Below the pieces are notes generated by a model that saw only the letters and a program-made list of their open reading frames with translations, was not told the origin of the DNA and searched no databases. DNA of 64,000 nucleotides from an uncultured Acidobacteriota bacterium (GTDB lineage Bacteria; Acidobacteriota; Terriglobia; UBA7540): the NCBI GenBank assembly GCA_963804995.1, contig CAWDSK010000006.1:224001-288000 (forward strand), written 5' to 3'. Position numbers and translations under genes: made by a program. Positions 20,703-31,154 of the stretch are shown one piece after another. Positions within the stretch are counted from its first letter, which is position 1; the number at the start of each line of letters is the position of its first letter.

Positions 20703-22195
20703 ATGAAAACTTGCGCTCTTGAACCTCTTCGATATCTCAGTCAGGAAGAGATGGACGCGATCCACCAGGCCGCGCTGCGGATTCTCGAACGCACCGGAAT
20801 GTGGATCGATCATGTCCAGGCCTTGGAATACCTTCGGGCCGCAGGCTGCCGGGTCGATATGGACCGGCGGATCGTGAAGTTCCCCCCCAGGAGGTAGAAG
20901 CCGCCGTCGCCCGCATGCGCCACAACTTCCAGGACCCCGACCGTTGGCCCAAACGCCAGTCGATCCGCTATTCCCAGGTGCGCTTCGACGCCCAACCGCT
21001 CCGGATTCACGAGGACTTCGCCGTGAGCACAGGCGGATTCTGCGTTTACATCTGGGACCTGGACGGCCAACGGCGCTACGCCACGCTCCAGGACGTTCGC
21101 GAATCTTTGCAACTAGCCGACCAACTGGATCAGATTGCCTACACGGGGCTTCCCTGCGCCGCGCAAGACGTTCCCGTGGAGATTCGTCCCGTAATGATGG
21201 CGGCTGAACTGGTGAAGGCCACCCGGAAGTATGGAGGGATTGAGACCTTCCAGCGCAAAGACGTGGGGTATATCACCCGTATCGGCGAGATCGTCGCAGG
21301 CAGTCGCGAGGCGCATCGGCGTAATCCCATCCTGGTGGGCTACGCTGAGGCCCGGTCGCCCTTGTGCATCGACGCGGTCATGGCGGACGTGATGCTGGCG
21401 CATCTGGAACTCGGCCTGCCCCAGAGCCTCGATACCATGCCTACCGGCGGGCTCACGGCGCCCATGAGCGCGGCGGGTGTGCTGGCGCTCGGCATGGCGG
21501 AAACTCTAGCTGGCCTGGTGTTGGGGTACGCCGTCGATCCTGACGCCACCCTGACGCTTGACGTGACCCCCGGTTACTGCGACGTGCGCGCCATGCAGTA
21601 CAGTTGCGCGGGGGGAGAGCGCATGCCGCTCCTCGCGGCGCGCGTGCAGATTATCTCCGAGTATTACGGTTGTCCGTCCGGTGTGCACGCAGGATATTCC
21701 AACGCGTGCGTGCCGGGCATTCAGGCGGCGATCGAGAAGTCGATTTCCATGTATGTGGCGGTCATGGCGGGTGCGATCGGGTTCGGAACCGTGGGTAAAC
21801 TGGAGAATATGCTCACTTTCTCACCGTTGCAACTCGCCATCGACAACGAGATGGCCCGCTATGTGCGCCACTCCATCCAGGGTATTCAGGTTAACGAGGA
21901 AACACTGGCTCTCGATGTCATCGAGGAGTTGGGGCACGGTGGCCATGCCTATGACCACCCACACACCGTCCAGAATTTCCGCAAGCTGCAACTGCTCTCC
22001 CCCTACTTTGACCTTTGTGGTTGGGGGATGGGCGACAGCCTGGACCCGGAACGGTTCGAGAAGCGCGCCGCCGCGCGGGTGCGGCAGGCGATGGCCGCGG
22101 AACGTGCCCCCGTGTTAACGGCCGATCAGGAAGCGGCCATTGATGAAGTGGTGAAGGAGGCGGCGAGGGATTATAAGGTGCAAATCCCGGCCTAA
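20703..22195 (+). pseudogene. Trimethylamine methyltransferase (MttB) family, non-pyrrolysine, frameshifted at a C7 tract
   Basis: N-terminal ORF ..IHQAALRILERTGM..VKFP continues in another frame as PQEVEAA; C7 run at 20882-20888. Confidence 0.8.
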
Positions 22196-22274
22196 GTGTG
22201 GGGTCAGTTCGGGGCATAATATTCTTGCCCAAAGGGACGCGGCGTGCTCTGGGGGCTCTCACTCGGCAATGGCG

Positions 22275-22314
22275 TTGACAAACCCAGGGTAGTTGCCATA
22301 TGCTTAGGCATATG
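22275..22314 (+). promoter_or_regulatory. vapBC promoter with overlapping palindromic operator
   Basis: TTGACA-18-TATGCT; inverted repeat CATATGC-TTAG-GCATATG covering the -10 and the ATG. Confidence 0.7.
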
Positions 22315-22563
22315 CCAAAGAGAACTGCGCCCGTGGCGGAACGGCACGTCCGGGTTTTTAAGAACGGACGGAATCAGGCGGTGCGGATACCCCGTGAGTT
22401 CGCCCTGCCGGGCCAGGATGCCATCATACGCAAAGAAGGCAGCCGCCTTATTATTGAGCCTGCTCCCCCGAAGTCGCTGCTGGCGCTGCTGGCGACTCTC
22501 CAGCCGCTCAGCGAAGATTTTCCGCCCATCCGCGACCTGCCTCCCGATCCGGTCGATCTCTGA
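22312..22563 (+). CDS. vapB: VapB/VagC antitoxin (AbrB type)
   Basis: VFKNGRNQAVRIP. Confidence 0.9.
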   Translation: MPKRTAPVAERHVRVFKNGRNQAVRIPREFALPGQDAIIRKEGSRLIIEPAPPKSLLALLATLQPLSEDFPPIRDLPPDPVDL

Positions 22564-22961
22564 TGCGCTACCTGCTCGACACGAACGTCGTTTCCGATCT
22601 CGTCCGCAATCCTCAGGGAAAAGTAGCCCAGCGCATCCGCAAGGTGGGCGAAGCGCGAGTTTCGACCAGTATCATTGTGGCCGCGGAATTGCGTTACGGA
22701 GCCGCAGAGAAAGGTTCCGCGCGGCTCCTGGAGCAGCTTGAAGCGGTGCTCAGCGTCCTTGACGTTCTGCCCTTTGAGCCCCCGGCAGACGCCATCTATG
22801 CATCCTTACGCACCGGTCTGGAGGAGGTGGGTACGCCCATTGGCGCCCATGACATGCTGATCGCGGCTCACGCGCTGGCGCTTGGTTGTGCGATCGTGAC
22901 CGACAACGAAAAGGAATTCGCCCGCGTTCGCGACCTGGCGCGTGAGAATTGGCTGCGCTAG
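22563..22961 (+). CDS. vapC: VapC PIN toxin
   Basis: YLLDTN, ELRYG, DMLIAAHA, VTDNEKEF. Confidence 0.93.
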   Translation: MRYLLDTNVVSDLVRNPQGKVAQRIRKVGEARVSTSIIVAAELRYGAAEKGSARLLEQLEAVLSVLDVLPFEPPADAIYASLRTGLEEVGTPIGAHDMLIAAHALALGCAIVTDNEKEFARVRDLARENWLR

Positions 22962-22982
22962 CCGTCCCCCGTTTTTCTCCCT

Positions 22983-23186
22983 CTACGGTGCGTCCCCTGC
23001 CGTCCACGGGTTGATGACGGGAACGCCGGCAGCATTAAACGGCGCTTCGTTGCGGGTCGCCACGCTGAACCGGCGAGCTGCGGCTATCGCGGCGATTTGG
23101 GCATCGGCCACGCTGATGGTATAGCCATGGCGGCGGGCACGGACGACGACTTTCGCATAGGCCCCTGCGGCGGCGAGATCGAAGCG
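22983..23186 (-). pseudogene. C-terminal fragment of a second PIN (FitB/StbB-like) toxin
   Basis: Manual translation RFDLAAAGAYAKVVVRARRHGYTISVADAQIAAIAAARRFSVATRNEAPFNAAGVPVINPW; no start codon. Confidence 0.8.
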
Positions 23187-23188
23187 GG

Positions 23189-23316
23189 GTAGCGCAGACG
23201 TAGCCGCCGTTTGGCTTCGTCTGCGGCTTTTTTCTTGGGCATTAACCGATACACGAGAACGTTGTTGGCACCTTAAGAACCGCGGAGGAAGCTGAACTAC
23301 GCTACCTTCGCGCTAC
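23189..23316. repeat. GTAG-type REP doublet (REPIN-like)
   Basis: GTAGCGCAGACG..CGTCTGCGG at 23189; AAGAACCGCGG...CGCTAC ending at 23305 and 23316. Confidence 0.7.
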
Positions 23317-23445
23317 CCGCTGGCCAAAAAGTTGGATGTATCCATAAGCGAGGCCATCGACCTTCTGAAGGAACGTGGCATCGAGGCGCCGATAGGTTTT
23401 GATGATTACCTGAAAGGATTTGAGGTTTTTGATCAGGTAAAATGA
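23317..23445 (+). pseudogene. C-terminal fragment of a UPF0175-like antitoxin
   Basis: Manual translation LAKKLDVSISEAIDLLKERGIEAPIGFDDYLKGFEVF; no start codon. Confidence 0.6.
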
Positions 23446-23461
23446 GCTACAATGCAGAGTT

Positions 23462-23692
23462 ATGAATAGCCAACGACTCCAGCGCATTACGGTGGAAGAA
23501 GGTAAATGCGGAGGCCGTCCCTGCATTCGCGGATTCCGAATCCGAGTGACGGATATTCTGGAATTGCTGGCTGCCGAAGCTTCCTTTGAAGAAATTCTTG
23601 CCGACTACCCTTTTCTTGAGAAGGAAGATATTCTTGCCGCCATCGAATACGCCGCCCGACAGGCCGATCATCCGGTTTTACAATCCTCGTGA
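23462..23692 (+). CDS. DUF433 antitoxin
   Basis: GKCGGRPCIRGFRIRV. Confidence 0.9.
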   Translation: MNSQRLQRITVEEGKCGGRPCIRGFRIRVTDILELLAAEASFEEILADYPFLEKEDILAAIEYAARQADHPVLQSS

Positions 23693-24018
23693 AATTCCTC
23701 ATTGATAACCAACTGCCGGTTGCCCTTTGCCATTTCATAAATGCAAAGGGCTCCGACTGTCAGCATGTGCTTGAGGTCGGGATGGCCAGGGCGCAGGACC
23801 TTTTGATTTGGCAACAGGCGATTGAGACGGATCGGGTTATCGTAAGTAAGGATGAAGATTTTTTCTTTCTGGCCAGCCTTCCCGGAAGTAAAGGGAGATT
23901 GGTTTGGGTTCGGCTCGGAAACTGCCGGAAATCGATCCTGCTGCGGGAATTTGAGCGCCGTTGGCCTCATGTCATAGCATCGTTGGAAGCCGGCGAGCGG
24001 GTGGTCGAAATCAGATAA
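23689..24018 (+). CDS. DUF5615 PIN-like toxin
   Basis: KFLIDNQLP, VSKDEDF, VRLGNC. Confidence 0.88.
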   Translation: MKFLIDNQLPVALCHFINAKGSDCQHVLEVGMARAQDLLIWQQAIETDRVIVSKDEDFFFLASLPGSKGRLVWVRLGNCRKSILLREFERRWPHVIASLEAGERVVEIR

Positions 24019-24224
24019 AAGGGTTTGGGAATTCGGACGAATTCGGGGACCATACCGGATTGCGCGATGGAGAATGGTCTACCGCGACCCCATGTTCCTC
24101 TGACCAGCTTGGCATGCCGGTTTCGGAATAAGAATCAGGTAAACGTGGTGAACGTCCCCAGTTTCCTAATACAAGTGGTGCAAAGCGCGGGCGCGGTGGA
24201 AGGCGCGAGCCAACAACCTGAAGG

Positions 24225-24660
24225 GTAGCGCGGACCGCCGGGGTTGCGGTCCGCGGTTTTTCCTCCATCAACTTTGTACGCCGAGCAGGGTAGCGCAAAG
24301 GTGCGCGTATTCTGCGCTCCTTTGCGGCCGTTCCCCAATTCCCTGCGGGTTCCTGCGGGCGTGCCCTGGTGGTGATTGGCATTTCCGTTTGAAGAGCCGC
24401 GGAGGAGCGCTGAAGGGCGCGCACCTCCTCGCTACCTGCTCCTCGCTACCTGCTGATACCGCCGACGAACCCTCAATTCCACGAGAACGAAAGGAAATCA
24501 GCGAGGTAGCGCAGACTTTGTGCCGTTCAAAGTCTGCGGTTCTTAATGTGGTAAACGTCCACTTTTTGTGAACATGCGGCTACGGCGATCAAAGCCCAGA
24601 ACCGCGGGTCGTGGCAGGAGGAAAGCCGCAGACTCTCTGAGATGCGAGAGTCTGCGCTAC
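24225..24660. repeat. Cluster of four GTAG-type REP hairpins
   Basis: GTAGCGC plus palindrome at 24225, 24290 and 24506; inverted copy ending CTAC at 24660. Confidence 0.75.
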
Positions 24661-24942
24661 CCTGCTGAAGGCGGTGGCGGCCATGCCGGACAACGAGACC
24701 CGGGACTGGCGCGGGAAGATGCTCGCGAAAGGACACGATGAAACGGAGTGAAATACCGTTTTTCTCCCCAAAGATGAATGTTAAGAACCGGCGGAGCAGT
24801 GCCGTCACGGTTCGTGCGGTTTCCCCAGCCAGTGCCATAATCCATCAAAAACTTTGGCAAAAGTTGGAAGAGCTCCGAGGCGATGGAGAGCGTCCCCCTG
24901 AAATCCCCTTGACGTCACATATCTTTTTTGGTATACTTCGAT

Positions 24943-25267
24943 ATGGCCTGGACGGTTGAAACTCTGAACGCGGTGGTGGATGCCGAGATCGACGCGTTGC
25001 CCGAGGACATGCGCGCCCGGCTTGTCCGGATCTCGCTGCTCATCGAGCAACAGGGGCTGGATTCGGGTCGGTGCTCCGCACGTCAAGCACTTGGAAGGTC
25101 CGCTCTGGGAAATCCGACTGAAGGGCCGCAGCGGCGTCTCGCGCGCCCTGTATGTAACGGCAATAGGCCAGCGCGTGGTGATCTTCCGGGTCTTCGTGAA
25201 GAAGACCGGGAAGGCCCCACGGCACGAGATCGAGCTGGCGTTGAGCCGGGCGCGAGAGGTTCGATGA
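24943..25267 (+). pseudogene. RelE/HigB (Gp49-like) toxin, +1 frameshift near 25063
   Basis: MAWTVETLN..QQGLD joins RVGAPHVKHLEGPLWEIR in another frame; extra T in GGATTCGG. Confidence 0.8.
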
Positions 25268-25279
25268 TGGAGGTGGAAC

Positions 25280-25591
25280 ATGGCACGGGTAGCTGAGCTG
25301 CATAAGAAGTGGATGAAGCAGCCGAAGTACCGCAAGGCGTACGAAGCTCTGGAAGAAGAGTTCGTGCTGGCGTCCGCTGTGATCGACGCGCGGAACCGCG
25401 CCGGACTAACGCAGAAGGGGCTGGCGAAGAAGATGGGGACCACTCAGCCCGTTGTCGCCCGGCTGGAAAGCGGGCGCGTACGTCCGTCGCTGCGCACCCT
25501 CGAAAGGCTCGCCCGGGCAACCAGTTCGCGTCTGCGGATTCGCTTCGAGCCTCAACGAGAAGGTAAACTCCATGCGCAAGCTGTCAAATGA
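25280..25591 (+). CDS. HigA-like XRE HTH antitoxin
   Basis: AGLTQKGLAKKMGTTQPVVARLESG. Confidence 0.9.
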   Translation: MARVAELHKKWMKQPKYRKAYEALEEEFVLASAVIDARNRAGLTQKGLAKKMGTTQPVVARLESGRVRPSLRTLERLARATSSRLRIRFEPQREGKLHAQAVK

Positions 25592-25750
25592 TCCGAACAC
25601 AGAGGCCACGTCCGGATCGAGCACGACCGCCAGGGTGCCATCCTTCAGCAAGGGTGCAAACCGGTTGGGGCGCGCCCGGCGGTAGTCAAAACGGTATTCC
25701 CGGCGCATCTCCTGGCGCTTCGTTCGGCTACTGGAAAATGTTTTCTTCAT
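25590..25750 (-). pseudogene. Truncated BrnA-like antitoxin fragment
   Basis: EMRREYRFDY..RPNRFA..VVLDPDVASVF; collides with the 3' end of the HTH gene. Confidence 0.6.
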
Positions 25751-25917
25751 AGTCCTTACGCTCCCTTGCGGTTGCGGTCCCCCCTCGGTTGCCGCGGCGA
25801 CAGAGGGGCCGGGGGTGAGGGGGTTGTGGGATTCGGCGGAAAGGCACCGCTTGCCGGGACTTTTGACTTTTGCCCTTTGCCTTTTGACTTGCTTTTGCGC
25901 TTCCGCCGCGCTGTGCT

Positions 25918-26169
25918 TCAACGCCCCCCGACCAGCAGGCGCGCCATCGCCACCAGGAGCACGGCGCCTACCGTCGCGGCGGCCAGGCTTCCAATAAATC
26001 CGAAAGCGTGGATGCCGGCGGCCCCGAAAACCCAGCCTCCAATCACTCCGCCAATCAACCCCAGAAACAAGTCGCCAATCAGGCCAAAGCCCCTCCCGCG
26101 CGTGATCTTGCCGCAGAGCCAGCCGGCGATCAGCCCGATAAAGACCCAACCCCAAAAACTGTGTTGCAT
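25918..26169 (-). CDS. GlsB/YeaQ/YmgE family membrane protein
   Basis: IGLIAGWL..GFGLIGD..GLIGGVIGG. Confidence 0.9.
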   Translation of the reverse strand: MQHSFWGWVFIGLIAGWLCGKITRGRGFGLIGDLFLGLIGGVIGGWVFGAAGIHAFGFIGSLAAATVGAVLLVAMARLLVGGR

Positions 26170-26719
26170 CGATTGCCCTCCCTATCAGTAAGGCGCGCTA
26201 GGCGGCACCTGAAGTTCCGCTTCTTCAATCCCTCGCCGGCCCCGCTTGTTCAGGCAAGGAACCACACGCTACCAGCAATTGTAACGTAGCGCCGCGGGGC
26301 CGCAACCAAAATGAAACTCTCCGTGTCCTCCGTGCCACGGGCAGCCTGCTCCGCGGCGACGAGGGGTGAGGAGGTCGGGCCCGGCATCGCGTGCACCCCT
26401 TCTCGGTTGTAGCAGATAAGCGACAATGTGTCATGGTGGGACATGTCCCAGAAGTTGCTCTCCGCGGGGCATAGCGGGCGAGGTCCCACTAACTTCCCCA
26501 CCTTGCTACCTTTTCCTCATCTCACTTTTGACTTGCGGATCCGTCATGCCACAATCCGTCATGATGCCGCCCTATCCACTCGCGGCCAATCGCTGCTATT
26601 CTAGTAGTCACGCCTCAAGTGTCGGGGGAAGCGGGAACGGTTCCCGATCGAATCGAGACAGGTCGCGAATTCCTCATCACTACCGGCTGCAACTCAGCAC
26701 TACATCAAGGGGGATCAGG

Positions 26720-28555
26720 TTGAACTCATCTATCCGTAACGTCGCCATCATCGCGCATGTGGACCACGGCAAGACCACGCTGGTTGACGCCATGCTGCGG
26801 CAGAGTGGCATCTTCCGCAAAGGCGAACCCGTGGTAGAGCGCGTCATGGACTCGAATGAACTCGAGCGCGAGCGTGGCATCACCATCCTGGCCAAGAACA
26901 CGGCCGTCACCTATCACGGCACGCGCATCAACATTGTCGACACACCCGGCCACAGCGACTTCGGTGGCGAGGTGGAGCGCGCTCTGAAGCTCGTTGATGG
27001 CGTGCTGCTGCTCGTCGATGCCAGCGAAGGTCCGCTGCCTCAAACGCGCTACGTGCTGCGCAAGGCGCTGGAAGCGAAACTGCCTCCCATCGTGGTCATC
27101 AACAAGATCGACCGCAATGACGCGCGGCCGCAGGAAGTGGTGAACGAGGTCTACGACCTGTTCATCGACCTGGACGCCACGGAAGAACAGCTCGACTTCC
27201 CCATCCTGTATTGCATCTCGAAGAACGGCATTGCCAGCGAGACGCTCAACGGCGCATCGACCAACCTCCAGCCACTCTTCGAAACCATTCTCAAGGCGAT
27301 TCCTGCGCCTGCGGGTGAAGCGGACGCTCCGCTGCAACTTCTGGTGGCCAACCTGGACTACAGCGAGTACCACGGCCGCCTGGCGCTTGGCCGCATCTTT
27401 TCCGGCACGCTGCACCGCGGCGATGAAGTGGTCATTGCCAAACTGGACGGGAGCCTTCAGCAAACCCGCATCACCAAACTGTATGGTTTCGAAGGACTGG
27501 AGCGCACGGACCTTGAAATCGCCGAGGTGGGAAACATCGTCGCCATCGCCGGCGTCGAAGGCATCACCATCGGCGAGACCGTGACCAGCGTCGAATCCCC
27601 CGCCCCGCTGCCGCATATCCCCATCGACGAGCCCACGATTTCCATGGTCTTCACGGTGAACACCTCACCTTTCTCGGGCAAAGATGGCGATTACGTAACC
27701 TCGCGGCATCTGCGCGAGCGGCTCAACAAGGAACTGCTGACCAACGTTTCCATCCGCGTGGATGAGATGGATAGCCCCGACTCTTTCAAGGTAATGGGAA
27801 GAGGCGAGCTCCAGTTGGCGATCTTAATCGAGATGATGCGGCGCGAAGGCTATGAGCTGGCGGTGGGCAAGCCGGAAATCATCACTCGCACCGTGGACGG
27901 CAAGCTCCAGGAACCCTCCGAGCAGCTCATCGTCGATGTGCCCCAGGAGTTTGTGGGCGTGCTGATGCAGGAAATCGGCATCCGCAAGGGCATCAATCAC
28001 AAGATCGTGAGCCACGGCTCGGGGCGGGCGACGAGTGGCCGCGTGCGCCTGGAATTCTCCATCCCCTCGCGCGGACTCATCGGCCTGCGCGGCGAAATCC
28101 TGAAGGCCACACGCGGCACCGCCGTGATGAATACTCTCTTTGACGGCTACGTCGACTGGCAGGGCGACCTTCCGGGGCGACTGACCGGCTCACTCGTCGC
28201 CGATCGCGCCGGCCGCACCACCGCCTACGCGTTGTGGAACCTTCAGGAGCGCGGCGAACTGTTCGTGCAGCCTGGCCTGGAGGTGTACGAAGGCATGGTG
28301 GTCGGCCAGAACGCGCGCTGGGATGACATGGACGTGAATGTGGTCAAGGAAAAGAAGCAGACCAACATGCGCGCCTCCGTGGCCGATGAAGCCATTCGCC
28401 TCATCCCCTTCCGGCCGCTTACGCTCGAAGAATCCATCGAGTTCATCGCCGAAGATGAATACGTTGAGGTCACACCCAAGTCCATCCGCCTGCGCAAGAA
28501 GATCCTCGAATACAACAAGCGGCCAAAGAAACACAAGCACCCTATGGAAGGGTGA
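26720..28555 (+). CDS. typA: Translational GTPase TypA/BipA
   Basis: [43 protein letters not shown]; probable TTG start at 26720. Confidence 0.97.
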   Translation: MNSSIRNVAIIAHVDHGKTTLVDAMLRQSGIFRKGEPVVERVMDSNELERERGITILAKNTAVTYHGTRINIVDTPGHSDFGGEVERALKLVDGVLLLVDASEGPLPQTRYVLRKALEAKLPPIVVINKIDRNDARPQEVVNEVYDLFIDLDATEEQLDFPILYCISKNGIASETLNGASTNLQPLFETILKAIPAPAGEADAPLQLLVANLDYSEYHGRLALGRIFSGTLHRGDEVVIAKLDGSLQQTRITKLYGFEGLERTDLEIAEVGNIVAIAGVEGITIGETVTSVESPAPLPHIPIDEPTISMVFTVNTSPFSGKDGDYVTSRHLRERLNKELLTNVSIRVDEMDSPDSFKVMGRGELQLAILIEMMRREGYELAVGKPEIITRTVDGKLQEPSEQLIVDVPQEFVGVLMQEIGIRKGINHKIVSHGSGRATSGRVRLEFSIPSRGLIGLRGEILKATRGTAVMNTLFDGYVDWQGDLPGRLTGSLVADRAGRTTAYALWNLQERGELFVQPGLEVYEGMVVGQNARWDDMDVNVVKEKKQTNMRASVADEAIRLIPFRPLTLEESIEFIAEDEYVEVTPKSIRLRKKILEYNKRPKKHKHPMEG

Positions 28556-28590
28556 AGTTAGAAGTTAGGAGTTAGGAGTTAGGAGTTAGG
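28554..28590. repeat. Heptamer tandem repeat (G(G/A)AGTTA)x5
   Basis: Direct reading; similar 7-mer runs near 6660, 8240, 10620, 17250, 25860 and 39157, mostly just past gene ends. Confidence 0.8.
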
Positions 28591-28655
28591 GTTTGGGGAT
28601 TAAGTGAGATCTCTGACTCCGGAGCCGAAGACCAGGGCCTCGAATGAAATCCTCA

Positions 28656-29813
28656 CTAAGGTGCAACTTCCCGCACGCAACGCATCCCGCTGTCGACGTC
28701 CCCTTTATCGGGCCCAAACCTGCCGCGGTCGGAAACCCGCTGGCTGGCGGTAGTGTCCTTCCACGACCCGCCGCGCAGGCCTCGGACGTCCCCGGTGGCA
28801 GGTCCGGCAGGGTCAACCCCGGGGCTTTGCGCATAGTATTTCTCGTCAAACCAGTCACTGACCCACTCCCAGACGTTCCCCAAGGTATCAAATAATCCGT
28901 ATCCATTCGCGCGCTTCTGTGCCACATCATGAGGCCCGCCGTTGGCGTTCGTAGTGTACCAGGCCACCTCTTCTACGGGAGCGTAACGGGCGTCCGTGTT
29001 TCCGGCTCGCGCGAAGTATTCCCATTCGGCTTCGGTCGGCAACCGCCCACCGGCCCACTGGCAGTAAGCTTGCGCTTCGCTCCAGTTCACATTCACGATC
29101 GGCTGGGTGTCGTTGGTCCAGCCACTATTGTAAGTCGGCTCGGACGGCATCGCTTTGCCCGTCTGGCTGGCGAAGCGTTTGTACGCAGCGACGGTCACTT
29201 CCGTCTGACCGACCCAGAGGCCTTTGCTGATGGTGACCTGGTGGGTAGGCTTCTCGTTGTCGGAGCATTCTGTGTCGCCCGGCGAGCAACCCATCATGAA
29301 GCTGCCTGGGGGAATCCAAATGTAGTTGATTCCCTCTTTAGGATTTTGCCTCATCGATCCCAGTGTGGCCGGTTGGGCTCCGCCGGCTTTTCGCACCGCG
29401 GCCACCAGGATTTCTTCCGCACCCGCGACGCGGAGGGAATCGAGATAGGTCGCATCCGGCACGAAATCAAGACCATGCTGGGCCACAATCGCCGCGGCCC
29501 GCTGGCTGGGCACGTTTCCCACTACCAGGGCCAGCACCTGCCGGCGATTTAGAGGCTTGGGGTGCGCTGCTAACAGGGCATTGATGAGCACGTCTTTCGC
29601 CCCGGCGCTGCGCAACGACTGGAGATAATCCTGGCCTGGGTCAAAGTCAATCCCGCGCTGCTCGACTTTGGCCGCCAGCGTATCGCTGTCCATCCCAGCC
29701 GAGACCAGATCCATCACCTGGTCTTTGGTCAGAGGCCTTCCGGCTTCCTGTGGCGCGCCGGCCGCTGCCAACCCGGTGAGAAGTACAATTAACACGAATA
29801 ATCGGAGTTTCAT
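28656..29813 (-). CDS. Formylglycine-generating enzyme (SUMF1)-domain exported protein
   Basis: GSFMMG, RLPTEAEWEY, GNVWEW, RGGSW; signal peptide. Confidence 0.9.
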   Translation of the reverse strand: MKLRLFVLIVLLTGLAAAGAPQEAGRPLTKDQVMDLVSAGMDSDTLAAKVEQRGIDFDPGQDYLQSLRSAGAKDVLINALLAAHPKPLNRRQVLALVVGNVPSQRAAAIVAQHGLDFVPDATYLDSLRVAGAEEILVAAVRKAGGAQPATLGSMRQNPKEGINYIWIPPGSFMMGCSPGDTECSDNEKPTHQVTISKGLWVGQTEVTVAAYKRFASQTGKAMPSEPTYNSGWTNDTQPIVNVNWSEAQAYCQWAGGRLPTEAEWEYFARAGNTDARYAPVEEVAWYTTNANGGPHDVAQKRANGYGLFDTLGNVWEWVSDWFDEKYYAQSPGVDPAGPATGDVRGLRGGSWKDTTASQRVSDRGRFGPDKGDVDSGMRCVREVAP

Positions 29814-29924
29814 GGGTAACCTGAAAACCTGAGTCTGCTTGCGTCGCACATTCTACACGATTCTTTGACTTTAAACCTTTAACTGCTTTGTAGCGGCGGT
29901 CTATGACCGCCGGAAACTGAGACA

Positions 29925-31154
29925 CTACGGAATTGTCGCAACGTAAATCGCGGTCGAGTCACCGCTGGTCGTGGAAGCGATGAACGCCGCATTCTGCTGG
30001 GCATCGCTCGCGAGCGAGAGGATAGGTTTGCCGGGCGCAGACTGGGTGATAGGCTGAAAATCCTCAGGAGTGGTGAGCCGGTTCAATTGACATTCGCAGT
30101 AACAGAAGAGGCCCACGTCGCTCGGCGCATCGTCGGGCGCCGCAGCAATCAGCAGGCCTCCGCGCGGGCCGATCGTCAAGCTTTCGATTCCGGCCAGCGA
30201 CTTGGTAGGCGTGAGCCCCGGCAATTTTTTGGCTTGCACGGGTTTCGAGGGGTCACCCGCCAGCAGGGCAGTTTGAACGCTGCCGCCCTCGAGATACACC
30301 AGCAGCATCTGGACCGGCTCCACCCGCGTCCGCGCGGCCAGAATCTCTGTGGTGGCGGTGGTCTCAGGTGGTGGCTGCAGCTCCGAAAATGTCTGGATGG
30401 CGATAGCGCGAAAGAACTGCTCCAAGGCTTCACCGGGCGAGGCCCCGTGGCGCAGGAACGCCGCCTCATCCTTGCTGAAGAAGAACGGTTCGAGCAAATC
30501 CGAGAGCTTTATCCCCTCCGGTAACTGGAGCGCTTGCAGGCCACGCGGGCTCCACAAGAAGAGGCCGCTGCCGGAGCTCTTACCTGACCAGCGCGCCCCG
30601 AATAACACGTTCCCATCGGAGAAGATGAGTGGGGCGGAAAACGCTTCAAACTTCGCCTCGGGCAGGCCGGGGGGGGCAGCCAGATTGTCGGCAATCTCCC
30701 TCGCCTTCCCGCCTTCTTCCCGCACCACCACGATTTTCGGCACATCGTCACGGTCGGATACGAGCGTGGCCGTGAAGGCAATCACCCCGGCGTCATTCAT
30801 GCTGGGAGCACTGAAGCCATCGTACACGCCGCGAGGGTTTGGCCCCACCAGACCCTGAAAGGCCACCACCGTAAAGCTGACGCCGGTTGACCGCACCACG
30901 GCTCGCAATTCGCTGCGGGGACTGCGTAAGCTGGTGAGGAAGATAATGTCCTGGTTCGGCGTCATTGAAAGGTTCGAAAACGGACCGAAAACGAAACCTG
31001 TGTGCCCCGGTACTCCCGTTCCGCTCTGCAGAAGCAACCGCGTGTTGGCTTGGGCAAAAGCCGTGATTGCACCTGCCCCCACTAGCCATAGCCCAAACGC
31101 CAACACCACCAGTGCCCGCCTGCCAAGCTCCAACCCCTTTTGCTCTGGACTCAA
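29925..31154 (-). CDS. Exported hypothetical protein (beta-propeller-like)
   Basis: Long ORF with signal peptide; repeated FSAPS/FSNLS blades. Confidence 0.7.
   Translation of the reverse strand: MSPEQKGLELGRRALVVLAFGLWLVGAGAITAFAQANTRLLLQSGTGVPGHTGFVFGPFSNLSMTPNQDIIFLTSLRSPRSELRAVVRSTGVSFTVVAFQGLVGPNPRGVYDGFSAPSMNDAGVIAFTATLVSDRDDVPKIVVVREEGGKAREIADNLAAPPGLPEAKFEAFSAPLIFSDGNVLFGARWSGKSSGSGLFLWSPRGLQALQLPEGIKLSDLLEPFFFSKDEAAFLRHGASPGEALEQFFRAIAIQTFSELQPPPETTATTEILAARTRVEPVQMLLVYLEGGSVQTALLAGDPSKPVQAKKLPGLTPTKSLAGIESLTIGPRGGLLIAAAPDDAPSDVGLFCYCECQLNRLTTPEDFQPITQSAPGKPILSLASDAQQNAAFIASTTSGDSTAIYVATIP

Noticed and set aside
20703..22195. Pyrrolysine read-through at TAG 20895
   Set aside because: The downstream homology is in a different frame, so this is a frameshift and not amber suppression
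26426..26719. 98-aa N-terminal extension of TypA
   Set aside because: Homology starts at [10 protein letters not shown]; a TTG with an upstream GGGGA fits better
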